A stretch of 64,000 bases of DNA from Auanema rhodensis (taxonomy: Eukaryota > Animalia > Nematoda), in NCBI GenBank assembly GCA_964057225.1, contig OZ059899.1, forward strand, positions 9,734,001 to 9,798,000, given 5' to 3'. The translations under genes were made by a program, and so were the position numbers. Under the pieces are notes generated by a model. That model saw nothing but the letters and a program-made list of their open reading frames with translations. It did no database searches and had not been told where the DNA came from. How positions within the stretch are numbered: position 1 is the first letter of the stretch; the number at the start of each line of letters is the position of its first letter. Of the stretch, positions 29,758-43,692 are shown in pieces.

Positions 29758-31191
29758 TAAATTTTTTTCATTTCACTTGTCATTTATAAAAATCGAATTT
29801 ATCTTCTTCAACGATTATTTTTGCAATGTGTCATAAGAATTTCATAGTTGAACAAAACGTTTTTTAAGAAGTTTTTTTGTTGTCAACATATATATTTTCC
29901 TGGAATTCGAAAGCATTTGGGATGGAAATTATAAAGAAAAGAACTAGTTCTTCCTACTTTAAAACAAACAATAAGAAATAAAATGAAAAAGATTGTTAGA
30001 TATCCAATTTAAACTTATACATTTACTTTGATAAAGAGCCTATTAGATTGAAATTTTATGTCTTACAGTTCTCCAACAGAACAGACTGATCCTGATTTTT
30101 CTACGATTACATAAAACTCTCGTTTGATATAAAAGCATATTGGATAGAAATTTCGAAAGCATTTTGGATGGAAATTAGAACGAAAAGAACTAGTTTTTTC
30201 TATTTTAAAACAAACAATAATAAACAAAATGAAAAGATTGTTAGATATCCAATTTTAACTTATACATTTACTTCGATGAAGAGCCTATTAGATTGAATTT
30301 TTATGTCTTACAGTTCTCCAACAGAACAGACTGATCCTGATTTTTCTACGATTACATAAAACTCTCGTTTGATATACAAAAAGGAGAGGAATAACGTTTC
30401 CAGGATATCAATGATATCGAATCTAGTGATATTGTAGAAAAATGTAATGTCAGCTCCATAGTTTTTCTCTTAATTTCTCTCATCACAATAGTCTTAGTTT
30501 TTTTTCATAAGAGTTTCTGAAATCTTAGTTGAACAAGGCAGTATATATATTTTCCTGGAATTCGAAAGCATTTGAGATGGAAATTATAAAGAAAAGAACT
30601 AGTTTTTCCTACTTTGAAACAAACAATAAGAAATAAAATGAAAAAGATTGTTAGATATCCAATTTAAACTTATACATTTACTTTGATAAAGAGCCTATTA
30701 GATTGAAATTTTATGTCTTACAGTTCTCCAACAGAACAGACTGATCCTGATTTTTCTACGATTACATAAAACTCTCGTTTGATATAAAAGCATATTGGAT
30801 AGAAATTTCGAAAGCATTTTGGATGGAAATTAGAACGAAAAGAACTAGTTTTTTCTATTTTAAAACAAACAATAATAAACAAAATGAAAAGATTGTTAGA
30901 TATCCAATTTTAACTTATACATTTACTTCGATGAAGAGCCTGTTAGATTGAATTTTTATGTCTTACAGTTCTCCAACAGAACAGACTGATCCTGATTTTT
31001 CTACGATTACATAAAACTCTCGTTTGATATACAAAAAGGAGAGGGATAACGTTTCCAGGATATCAATGATATTGAATCTAGTGATATTGTAGAAAAATGT
31101 AATGTCAGCTCCATAGTTTTTCTCTTAATTTCTCTCATCACAATAGTCTTAGTTTTTTTTCATAAGAGTTTCTGAAATCTTAGTTGAACAA

Positions 31192-31264
31192 GGCCGCGTG
31201 GCGCAATGGATAACGCGTCTGCCTACGGAGCAGAAGATTGTAGGTTCGAATCCTGCCGTGGTCG
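31192..31264 (+). tRNA. tRNA-Arg(ACG)
   Basis: Consensus copy. Confidence 0.95.
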
Positions 31265-32864
31265 TAAATTTTTTTCATTTCACTTGTCATTTATAAAAAT
31301 CGAATTTATCTTCTTCAACGATGTTTTTGCAATGTGTCATAAGAATTTCATAGTTGAACAAAACGTTTTTTAAGAAGTTTTTTTGTTGTCAACATATATA
31401 TTTTCCTGGAATTCGAAAGCATTTGGGATGGAAATTAGAAAGAAAAGAACTAGTTTTTCCTACTTTAAAACAAACAATAAGAAATAAAATGAAAAAGATT
31501 GTTAGATATCCAATTTAAACTTATACATTTACTTTGATAAAGAGCCTATTAGATTGAAATTTTATGTCTTACAGTTCTCCAACAGAACAGACTGATCCTG
31601 ATTTTTCTACGATTACATAAAACTCTCGTTTGATATAAAAGCATATTGGATAGAAATTTCGAAAGCATTTTGGATGGAAATTAGAACGAAAAGAACTAGT
31701 TTTTTCTACTTCAAAACAAACAATAAGAAATAAAATGAAAAAGATTGTTAGATATCCAATTTAAACTTATACATTTACTTCGATAAGGAGCCTATTAGTT
31801 TGAAATTTCATGTCTTACAGTTCTCCAACAGAACAGACTGATCCTGATTTCTCTATGATTACATAAAACTCTCGTTTGATATACAAAATAGAGAGAAATA
31901 ACGTCTCCAGGATATCAATGATATCGAATCTAGTGATATTGTGGAAAAATGTAATGTCAGCTCCATAGTTTTTCTCTTAATTTCTCTCATCACAATAGTC
32001 TTAGTTTTTTTTCATAAGAGTTTCTGAAATCTTAGTTGAACAAGGCAGTATATATTTTTTTCTGGAATTCGAAAGCATTTGGGATAGAAATTAGAAAGAA
32101 AAGAACTAGTTTTTCCTACTTTAAAACAAACAATAAGAAATAAAATGAAAAAGATTGTTAGATATCCAATTTAAACTTATACATTTACTTCGATAAAGAG
32201 CCTATTAGTTGGAAATTTTATGTCTTACAGTTCTCCAACAGAACAGACTGATCCTGATTTCTCTATGATTACATAAAACTCTTGTTTGATATACAAAAAG
32301 GAGAGGAATAACGTTTCCAGGATATCAATGATATCGAATCTAGTGATATTGTAGAAAAATGTAATGTCAGCTCCATAGTTTTTCTCTTAATTTCTCTCAT
32401 CACAATAGTCTTAGTTTTTTTTCATAAGAGTTTCTGGAATCTTAGTTGAACAAGGCAGTTTATAATTTTTTCTGGAATTCGAAAGCATTTGGGATGGAAA
32501 TTAGAAAGAAAAGAACTAGTTTTTCCTACTTTAAAACAAACAATAAGAAATAAAGTGAAAAAGATTGTTAGATATCCAATTTAAACTTATACATTTACTT
32601 CGATAAAGAGCCTATTAGTCTGAAATTTTATGTCTTACAGTTCTCCAACAGAACAGACTGATCCTGATTTCTCTATGATTACATAAAACTCTCGTTTGAT
32701 ATACAAGAAGGAGAGGAATAACGTTTCCAGGATGTCAATGATATCGAATCCAGTGATATTGTAGAAAAATGTAATGTCAGCTCCATAGTTTTTCTCTTAA
32801 TTTCTCTCATCACAATAGTCTTAGTTTTTTTTTCATAAGAGTTTCTGAAATCTTAGTTGAACAA

Positions 32865-32937
32865 GGCCGCGTGGCGCAATGGATAACGCGTCTGCCTACG
32901 GAGCAGAAGATTGTAGGTTCGAATGCTGCCGTGGTCG
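32865..32937 (+). tRNA. tRNA-Arg(ACG), C61G variant (possible pseudogene)
   Basis: GGTTCGAATGC; G at 32925 breaks the G53-C61 pair. Confidence 0.8.
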
Positions 32938-34538
32938 TAAATTTTTTTCATTTCACTTGTCATTTATAAAAATCGAATTTATCTTCTTCAACGATTATTT
33001 TTGCAATGTGTCATAAGAATTTCATAGTTGAACAAAACGTTTTTTAAGAAGTTTTTTTGTTGTCAACATATATATTTTCCTGGAATTCGAAAGCATTTGG
33101 GATGGAAATTATAAAGAAAAGAACTAGTTTTTCCTACTTTAAAACAAACAATAAGAAATAAAATGAAAAAGATTGTTAGATATCCAATTTAAACTTATAC
33201 ATTTACTTTGATAAAGAGCCTATTAGATTGAAATTTTATGTCTTACAGTTCTCCAACAGAACAGACTGATCCTGATTTTTCTACGATTACATAAAACTCT
33301 CGTTTGATATAAAAGCATATTGGATAGAAATTTCGAAAGCATTTTGGATGGAAATTAGAACGAAAAGAACTAGTTTTTTCTACTTCAAAACAAACAATAA
33401 GAAATAAAATGAAAAAGATTGTTAGATATCCAATTTAAACTTATACATTTACTTCGATAAGGAGCCTATTAGTTTGAAATTTTATGTCTTACAGTTCTCC
33501 AACAGAACAGACTGATCCTGATTTCTCTATGATTACATAAAACTCTCGTTTGATATACAAAATAGAGAGAAATAACGTCTCCAGGATATCAATGATATCG
33601 AATCTAGTGATATTGTGGAAAAATGTAATGTCAGCTCCATAGTTTTTCTCTTAATTTCTCTCATCACAATAGTCTTAGTTTTTTTTCATAAGAGTTTCTG
33701 AAATCTTAGTTGAACAAGGCAGTATATATTTTTTTCTGGAATTCGAAAGCATTTGGGATAGAAATTAGAAAGAAAAGAACTAGTTTTTCCTACTTTAAAA
33801 CAAACAATAAGAAATAAAATGAAAAAGATTGTTAGATATCCAATTTAAACTTATACATTTACTTCGATAAAGAGCCTATTAGTTGGAAATTTTATGTCTT
33901 ACAGTTCTCCAACAGAACAGACTGATCCTGATTTCTCTATGATTACATAAAACTCTCGTTTGATATACAAAAAGGAGAGGAATAACGTTTCCAGGATATC
34001 AATGATATCGAATCTAGTGATATTGTAGAAAAATGTAATGTCAGCTCCATAGTTTTTCTCTTAATTTCTCTCATCACAATAGTCTTAGTTTTTTTTCATA
34101 AGAGTTTCTGGAATCTTAGTTGAACAAGGCAGTTTATAATTTTTTCTGGAATTCGAAAGCATTTGGGATGGAAATTAGAAAGAAAAGAACTAGTTTTTCC
34201 TACTTTAAAACAAACAATAAGAAATAAAGTGAAAAAGATTGTTAGATATCCAATTTAAACTTATACATTTACTTCGATAAAGAGCCTATTAGTCTGAAAT
34301 TTTATGTCTTACAGTTCTCCAACAGAACAGACTGATCCTGATTTCTCTATGATTACATAAAACTCTCGTTTGATATACAAGAAGGAGAGGAATAACGTTT
34401 CCAGGATGTCAATGATATCGAATCCAGTGATATTGTAGAAAAATGTAATGTCAGCTCCATAGTTTTTCTCTTAATTTCTCTCATCACAATAGTCTTAGTT
34501 TTTTTTTCATAAGAGTTTCTGAAATCTTAGTTGAACAA

Positions 34539-34611
34539 GGCCGCGTGGCGCAATGGATAACGCGTCTGCCTACGGAGCAGAAGATTGTAGGTTCGAATGC
34601 TGCCGTGGTCG
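34539..34611 (+). tRNA. tRNA-Arg(ACG), C61G variant (possible pseudogene)
   Basis: G at 34599. Confidence 0.8.
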
Positions 34612-36044
34612 TAAATTTTTTTCATTTCACTTGTCATTTATAAAAATCGAATTTATCTTCTTCAACGATTATTTTTGCAATGTGTCATAAGAATTTCATA
34701 GTTGAACAAAACGTTTTTTAAGAAGTTTTTTTGTTGTCAACATATATATTTTCCTGGAATTCGAAAGCATTTGGGATGGAAATTATAAAGAAAAGAACTA
34801 GTTTTTCCTACTTTAAAACAAACAATAAGAAATAAAATGAAAAAGATTGTTAGATATCCAATTTAAACTTATACATTTACTTTGATAAAGAGCCTATTAG
34901 ATTGAAATTTTATGTCTTACAGTTCTCCAACAGAACAGACTGATCCTGATTTTTCTACGATTACATAAAACTCTCGTTTGATATAAAAGCATATTGGATA
35001 GAAATTTCGAAAGCATTTTGGATGGAAATTAGAACGAAAAGAACTAGTTTTTTCTATTTTAAAACAAACAATAATAAACAAAATGAAAAGATTGTTAGAT
35101 ATCCAATTTTAACTTATACATTTACTTCGATGAAGAGCCTATTAGATTGAATTTTATGTCTTACAGTTCTCCAACAGAACAGACTGATCCTGATTTTTCT
35201 ACGATTACATAAAACTCTCGTTTGATATACAAAAAGGAGAGGAATAACGTTTCCAGGATATCAATGATATCGAATCTAGTGATATTGTAGAAAAATGTAA
35301 TGTCAGCTCCATAGTTTTTCTCTTAATTTCTCTCATCACAATAGTCTTAGTTTTTTTTCATAAGAGTTTCTGAAATCTTAGTTGAACAAGGCAGTATATA
35401 TATTTTCCTGGAATTCGAAAGCATTTGAGATGGAAATTATAAAGAAAAGAACTAGTTTTTCCTACTTTGAAACAAACAATAAGAAATAAAATGAAAAAGA
35501 TTGTTAGATATCCAATTTAAACTTATACATTTACTTTGATAAAGAGCCTATTAGATTGAAATTTTATGTCTTACAGTTCTCCAACAGAACAGACTGATCC
35601 TGATTTTTCTACGATTACATAAAACTCTCGTTTGATATAAAAGCATATTGGATAGAAATTTCGAAAGCATTTTGGATGGAAATTAGAACGAAAAGAACTA
35701 GTTTTTTCTATTTTAAAACAAACAATAATAAACAAAATGAAATGATTGTTAGATATCCAATTTTAACTTATACATTTACTTCGATGAAGAGCCTGTTAGA
35801 TTGAATTTTTATGTCTTACAGTTCTCCAACAGAACAGACTGATCCTGATTTTTCTACGATTACATAAAACTCTCGTTTGATATACAAAAAGGAGAGGGAT
35901 AACGTTTCCAGGATATCAATGATATTGAATCTAGTGATATTGTAGAAAAATGTAATGTCAGCTCCATAGTTTTTCTCTTAATTTCTCTCATCACAATAGT
36001 CTTAGTTTTTTTTCATAAGAGTTTCTGAAATCTTAGTTGAACAA

Positions 36045-36117
36045 GGCCGCGTGGCGCAATGGATAACGCGTCTGCCTACGGAGCAGAAGATTGTAGGTTC
36101 GAATCCTGCCGTGGTCG
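36045..36117 (+). tRNA. tRNA-Arg(ACG)
   Basis: Consensus copy; terminator variant TTGTTTT. Confidence 0.95.
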
Positions 36118-36897
36118 TAAATTGTTTTCATTTCACTTGTCATTTATAAAAATCGAATTTATCTTCTTCAACGATATTTTTGCAATGTGTCATAAGAATT
36201 TCATAGTTGAACAAAACGTTTTTTAAGAAGTTTTTTTGTTGTCAACATATATATTTTCCTGGAATTCGAAAGCATTTGGGATGGAAATTAGAAAGAAAAG
36301 AACTAGTTTTTCCTACTTTAAAACAAACAATAAGAAATAAAATGAAAAAGATTGTTAGATATCCAATTTAAACTTATACATTTACTTTGATAAAGAGCCT
36401 ATTAGATTGAAATTTTATGTCTTACAGTTCTCCAACAGAACAGACTGATCCTGATTTTTCTACGATTACATAAAACTCTCGTTTGATATAAAAGCATATT
36501 GGATAGAAATTTCGAAAGCATTTTGGATGGAAATTAGAACGAAAAGAACTAGTTTTTTCTATTTTAAAACAAACAATAATAAACAAAATGAAACGATTGT
36601 TAGATATCCAATTTTAACTTATACATTTACTTCGATGAAGAGCCTATTAGATTGAATTTTTATGTCTTACAGTTCTCCAACAGAACAGACTGATCCTGAT
36701 TTTTCTACGATTACATAAAACTCTCGTTTGATATACAAAAAGAAGAGGAATAACGTTTCCAGGATATCAATGATATCGAATCTAGTGATATTGTAGAAAA
36801 ATGTAATGTCAGCTCCATAGGTTTTCTCTTAATTTCTCTCATCACAATATTCTTAGTTTTTTTTCTCATAAGAGTTTCTGAAATCTTAGTTGAACAA

Positions 36898-36970
36898 GGC
36901 CGCGTGGCGCAATGGATAACGCGTCTGCCTACGGAGCAGAAGATTGTAGGTTCGAATCCTGCCGTGGTCG
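36898..36970 (+). tRNA. tRNA-Arg(ACG)
   Basis: Consensus copy. Confidence 0.95.
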
Positions 36971-38325
36971 TAAATTTTTTTCATTTCACTTGTCATTTAT
37001 AAAAATCGAATTTATCTTCTTCAACGATTATTTTTGCAATGTGTCATAAGAATTTCTTAGTTGAACAAAACGTTTTTTGAGAAGTTTTTTTGTTGGCAAC
37101 ATATATATTTTCCTGGAATTCGAAAGCATTTGGGATGGAAATTAGAAAGAAAAGAACTAGTTTTTCCTACTTCAAAACAAACAATAAGAAATAAAATGAA
37201 AAAGATTGTTAGATATCCAATTTAAACTTATACATTTACTTCGATAAGGAGCCTATTAGTTTGAAATTTTATGTCTTACAGTTCTCCAACAGAACAGACT
37301 GATCCTGATTTCTCTATGATTACATAAAACTCTCGTTTGATATACAAAATAGAGAGAAATAACGTCTCCAGGATATCAATGATATCGAATCTAGTGATAT
37401 TGTGGAAAAATGTAATGTCAGCTCCATAGTTTTTCTCTTAATTTCTCTCATCACAATAGTCTTAGTTTTTTTTCATAAGAGTTTCTGAAATCTTAGTTGA
37501 ACAAGGCAGTATATATTTTTTTCTGGAATTCGAAAGCATTTGGGATAGAAATTAGAAAGAAAAGAACTAGTTTTTCCTACTTTAAAACAAACAATAAGAA
37601 ATAAAATGAAAAAGATTGTTAGATATCCAATTTAAACTTATACATTTACTTCGATAAAGAGCCTATTAGTTGGAAATTTTATGTCTTACAGTTCTCCAAC
37701 AGAACAGACTGATCCTGATTTCTCTATGATTACATAAAACTCTCGTTTGATATACAAAAAGGAGAGGAATAACGTTTCCAGGATATCAATGATATCGAAT
37801 CTAGTGATATTGTAGAAAAATGTAATGTCAGCTCCATAGTTTTTCTCTTAATTTCTCTCATCACAATAGTCTTAGTTTTTTTTCATAAGAGTTTCTGGAA
37901 TCTTAGTTGAACAAGGCAGTATATAATTTTTTCTGGAATTCGAAAGCATTTGGGATGGAAATTAGAAAGAAAAGAACTAGTTTTTCCTACTTTAAAACAA
38001 ACAATAAGAAATAAAGTGAAAAAGATTGTTAGATATCCAATTTAAACTTATACATTTACTTCGATAAAGAGCCTATTAGTCTGAAATTTTATGTCTTACA
38101 GTTCTCCAACAGAACAGACTGATCCTGATTTCTCTATGATTACATAAAACTCTCGTTTGATATACAAGAAGGAGAGGAATAACGTTTCCAGGATGTCAAT
38201 GATATCGAATCCAGTGATATTGTAGAAAAATGTAATGTCAGCTCCATAGTTTTTCTCTTAATTTCTCTCATCACAATAGTCTTAGTTTTTTTTTCATAAG
38301 AGTTTCTGAAATCTTAGTTGAACAA

Positions 38326-38398
38326 GGCCGCGTGGCGCAATGGATAACGCGTCTGCCTACGGAGCAGAAGATTGTAGGTTCGAATGCTGCCGTGGTCG
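38326..38398 (+). tRNA. tRNA-Arg(ACG), C61G variant (possible pseudogene)
   Basis: G at 38386. Confidence 0.8.
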
Positions 38399-39831
38399 TA
38401 AATTTTTTTCATTTCACTTGTCATTTATAAAAATCGAATTTATCTTCTTCAACGATTATTTTTGCAATGTGTCATAAGAATTTCATAGTTGAACAAAACG
38501 TTTTTTAAGAAGTTTTTTTGTTGTCAACATATATATTTTCCTGGAATTCGAAAGCATTTGGGATGGAAATTATAAAGAAAAAAACTAGTTTTTCCTACTT
38601 TAAAACAAACAATAAGAAATAAAATGAAAAAGATTGTTAGATATCCAATTTAAACTTATACATTTACTTTGATAAAGAGCCTATTAGATTGAAATTTTAT
38701 GTCTTACAGTTCTCCAACAGAACAGACTGATCCTGATTTTTCTACGATTACATAAAACTCTCGTTTGATATAAAAGCATATTGGATAGAAATTTCGAAAG
38801 CATTTTGGATGGAAATTAGAACGAAAAGAACTAGTTTTTTCTATTTTAAAACAAACAATAATAAACAAAATGAAAAGATTGTTAGATATCCAATTTTAAC
38901 TTATACATTTACTTCGATGAAGAGCCTATTAGATTGAATTTTATGTCTTACAGTTCTCCAACAGAACAGACTGATCCTGATTTTTCTACGATTACATAAA
39001 ACTCTCGTTTGATATACAAAAAGGAGAGGAATAACGTTTCCAGGATATCAATGATATCGAATCTAGTGATATTGTAGAAAAATGTAATGTCAGCTCCATA
39101 GTTTTTCTCTTAATTTCTCTCATCACAATAGTCTTAGTTTTTTTTCATAAGAGTTTCTGAAATCTTAGTTGAACAAGGCAGTATATATATTTTCCTGGAA
39201 TTCGAAAGCATTTGAGATGGAAATTATAAAGAAAAGAACTAGTTTTTCCTACTTTGAAACAAACAATAAGAAATAAAATGAAAAAGATTGTTAGATATCC
39301 AATTTAAACTTATACATTTACTTTGATAAAGAGCCTATTAGATTGAAATTTTATGTCTTACAGTTCTCCAACAGAACAGACTGATCCTGATTTTTCTACG
39401 ATTACATAAAACTCTCGTTTGATATAAAAGCATATTGGATAGAAATTTCGAAAGCATTTTGGATGGAAATTAGAACGAAAAGAACTAGTTTTTTCTATTT
39501 TAAAACAAACAATAATAAACAAAATGAAAAGATTGTTAGATATCCAATTTTAACTTATACATTTACTTCGATGAAGAGCCTGTTAGATTGAATTTTTATG
39601 TCTTACAGTTCTCCAACAGAACAGACTGATCCTGATTTTTCTACGATTACATAAAACTCTCGTTTGATATACAAAAAGGAGAGGGATAACGTTTCCAGGA
39701 TATCAATGATATTGAATCTAGTGATATTGTAGAAAAATGTAATGTCAGCTCCATAGTTTTTCTCTTAATTTCTCTCATCACAATAGTCTTAGTTTTTTTT
39801 CATAAGAGTTTCTGAAATCTTAGTTGAACAA

Positions 39832-39904
39832 GGCCGCGTGGCGCAATGGATAACGCGTCTGCCTACGGAGCAGAAGATTGTAGGTTCGAATCCTGCCGTG
39901 GTCG
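39832..39904 (+). tRNA. tRNA-Arg(ACG)
   Basis: Consensus copy. Confidence 0.95.
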
Positions 39905-40684
39905 TAAATTTTTTTCATTTCACTTGTCATTTATAAAAATCGAATTTATCTTCTTCAACGATTATTTTTGCAATGTGTCATAAGAATTTCTTAGTTGAAC
40001 AAAACGTTTTTTGAGAAGTTTTTTTGTTGTCAACATATATATTTTCCTGGAATTCGAAAGCATTTGGGATGGAAATTAGAAAGAAAAGAACTAGTTTTTC
40101 CTACTTTAAAACAAACAATAAGAAATAAAATGAAAAAGATTGTTAGATATCCAATGTAAACTTATACATTTACTTTGATAAAGAGCCTATTAGATTGAAA
40201 TTTTATGTCTTACAGTTCTCCAACAGAACAGACTGATCCTGATTTTTCTACGATTACATAAAACTCTCGTTTGATATAAAAGCATATTGGATAGAAATTT
40301 CGAAAGCATTTTGGATGGAAATTAGAACGAAAAGAACTAGTTTTTTCTATTTTAAAACAAACAATAATAAACAAAATGAAACGATTGTTAGATATCCAAT
40401 TTTAACTTATACATTTACTTCGATGAAGAGCCTATTAGATTGAATTTTTATGTCTTACAGTTCTCCAACAGAACAGACTGATCCTGATTTTTCTACGATT
40501 ACATAAAACTCTCGTTTGATATACAAAAAGAAGAGGAATAACGTTTCCAGGATATCAATGATATCGAATCTAGTGATATTGTAGAAAAATGTAATGTCAG
40601 CTCCATAGGTTTTCTCTTAATTTCTCTCATCACAATATTCTTAGTTTTTTTCTCATAAGAGTTTCTGAAATCTTAGTTGAACAA

Positions 40685-40757
40685 GGCCGCGTGGCGCAAT
40701 GGATAACGCGTCTGCCTACGGAGCAGAAGATTGTAGGTTCGAATCCTGCCGTGGTCG
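40685..40757 (+). tRNA. tRNA-Arg(ACG)
   Basis: Consensus copy. Confidence 0.95.
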
Positions 40758-42766
40758 TAAATTTTTTTCATTTCACTTGTCATTTATAAAAATCGAATTT
40801 ATCTTCTTCAACGATTATTTTTGCAATGTGTCATAAGAATTTCTTAGTTGAACAAAACGTTTTTTGAGAAGTTTTTTTGTTGTCAACATATATATTTTCC
40901 TGGAATTCGAAAGCATTTGGGATGGAAATTAGAAAGAAAAGAACTAGTTTTTCCTACTTCAAAACAAACAATAAGAAATAAAATGAAAAAGATTGTTAGA
41001 TATCCAATTTAAACTTATACATTTACTTCGATAAGGTGCCTATTAGTTTGAAATTTTATGTCTTACAGTTCTCCAACAGAACAGACTGATCCTGATTTCT
41101 CTAAGATTACATAAAACTCTCGTTTGATATACAAAATAGAGAGAAATAACGTCTCCAGGATATCAATGATATCAAATCTAGTGATATTGTAGAAAAATGT
41201 AATGTCAGCTCCATAGTTTTTCTCTTAATTTCTCTCATCACAATAGTCTTAGTTTTTTTTCATAAGAGTTTCTGAAATCTTAGTTGAACAAGGCAGTATA
41301 TATTTTTTTCTGGAATTCGAAAGCATTTGGGATAGAAATTAGAAAGAAAAGAACTAGTTTTTCCTACTTTAAAACAAACAATAAGAAATAAAATGAAAAA
41401 GATTGTTAGATATCCAATTTAAACTTATACATTTACTTCGATAAAGAGCCTATTAGTTTGAAATTTTATGTCTTACAGTTCTCCAACAGAACAGACTGAT
41501 CCTGATTTCTCTATGATTACATAAAACTCTCGTTCGATATACAAAATAGAGAGGAATAACGTTTCCAGGATATCAATGATATCGAATTCAGTGATATTGT
41601 AGAAAAATGTAATGTCAGCTCCATAGTTTTTCTCTTAATTTCTCTCATCACAATAGTCTTAGTTTTTTTTCATAAGAGTTTCTGAAATCTTAGTTGAACA
41701 AGGCAGTATATATTTTTTTCTGGAATTCGAAAGCATTTGGGATAGAAATTAGAAAGAAAAGAACTAAGTTTTCCTACTTTAAAACAAACAATAAGAAATA
41801 AAATGAAAAAGATTGTTAGATATCCAATTTAAACTTATACATTTACTTCGATAAAGAGCCTATTAGTTTGAAATTTTATGTCTTACAGTTCTCCAACAGA
41901 ACAGACTGATCCTGATTTCTCTATGATTACATAAAACTCTCGTTTGATATACAAAAAGGAGAGGAATAACGTTTCCAGGATATCAATGATATGGAATCTA
42001 GTGATATTGTAGAAAAATGTAATGTCAGCTCCATAGTTTTTCTCTTAATTTCTCTCATCACAATAGTCTTAGTTTTTTTTCATAAGAGTTTCTGGAATCT
42101 TAGTTGAACAAGGCAGTATATATTTTTTTCTGGAATTCGAAAGCATTTGAGATGGAAATTAGAAAGAAAAGAACTAGTTTTTCCTACTTTAAAACAAACA
42201 ATAAGAAATAAAGTGAAAAAGATTGTTAGATATCCAATTTAAACTTATACATTTACTTCGATAAAGAGCCTATTAGTTTGAAATTTTATGTCTTACAGTT
42301 CTCCAACAGAACAGACTGATCCTGATTTTTCTACGATTACATAAAACTCTCGTTTGATATAAAAGCATATTGGATAGAAATTTCGAAAGCATTTTGGATG
42401 GAAATTAGAACGAAAAGAACTAGTTTTTTCTATTTTAAAACAAACAATAATAAACAAAATGAAAAGATTGTTAGATAACCAATTTTAACTTATACATTTA
42501 CTTCGATGAAGAGCCTGTTAGATTGAATTTTTATGTCTTACAGTTCTCCAACAGAACAGACTGATCCTGATTTTTCTACGATTACATAAAACTCTCGTTT
42601 GATATACAAAAAGGAGAGGGATAACGTTTCCAGGATATCAATGATATTGAATCTAGTGATATTGTAGAAAAATGTAATGTCAGCTCCATAGTTTTTCTCT
42701 TAATTTCTCTCATCACAATAGTCTTAGTTTTTTTTCATAAGAGTTTCTGAAATCTTAGTTGAACAA

Positions 42767-42839
42767 GGCCGCGTGGCGCAATGGATAACGCGTCTGCCTA
42801 CGGAGCAGAAGATTGTAGGTTCGAATCCTGCCGTGGTCG
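42767..42839 (+). tRNA. tRNA-Arg(ACG)
   Basis: Consensus copy. Confidence 0.95.
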
Positions 42840-43619
42840 TAAATTTTTTTCATTTCACTTGTCATTTATAAAAATCGAATTTATCTTCTTCAACGATGTT
42901 TTTGCAATGTGTCATAAGAATTTCATAGTTGAACAAAACGTTTTTTAAGAAGTTTTTTTGTTGTCAACATATATATTTTCCTGGAATTCGAAAGCATTTG
43001 GGATGGAAATTAGAAAGAAAAGAACTAGTTTTTCCTACTTTAAAACAAACAATAAGAAATAAAATGAAAAAGATTGTTAGATATCCAATTTAAACTTATA
43101 CATTTACTTTGATAAAGAGCCTATTAGATTGAAATTTTATGTCTTACAGTTCTCCAACAGAACAGACTGATCCTGATTTTTCTACGATTACATAAAACTC
43201 TCGTTTGATATAAAAGCATATTGGATAGAAATTTCGAAAGCATTTTGGATGGAAATTAGAACGAAAAGAACTAGTTTTTTCTATTTTAAAACAAACAATA
43301 ATAAACAAAATGAAACGATTGTTAGATATCCAATTTTAACTTATACATTTACTTCGATGAAGAGCCTATTAGATTGAATTTTTATGTCTTACAGTTCTCC
43401 AACAGAACAGACTGATCCTGATTTTTCTACGATTACATAAAACTCTCGTTTGATATACAAAAAGAAGAGGAATAACGTTTCCAGGATATCAATGATATCG
43501 AATCTAGTGATATTGTAGAAAAATGTAATGTCAGCTCCATAGGTTTTCTCTTAATTTCTCTCATCACAATATTCTTAGTTTTTTTTCTCATAAGAGTTTC
43601 TGAAATCTTAGTTGAACAA

Positions 43620-43692
43620 GGCCGCGTGGCGCAATGGATAACGCGTCTGCCTACGGAGCAGAAGATTGTAGGTTCGAATCCTGCCGTGGTCG
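43620..43692 (+). tRNA. tRNA-Arg(ACG)
   Basis: Consensus copy. Confidence 0.95.
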
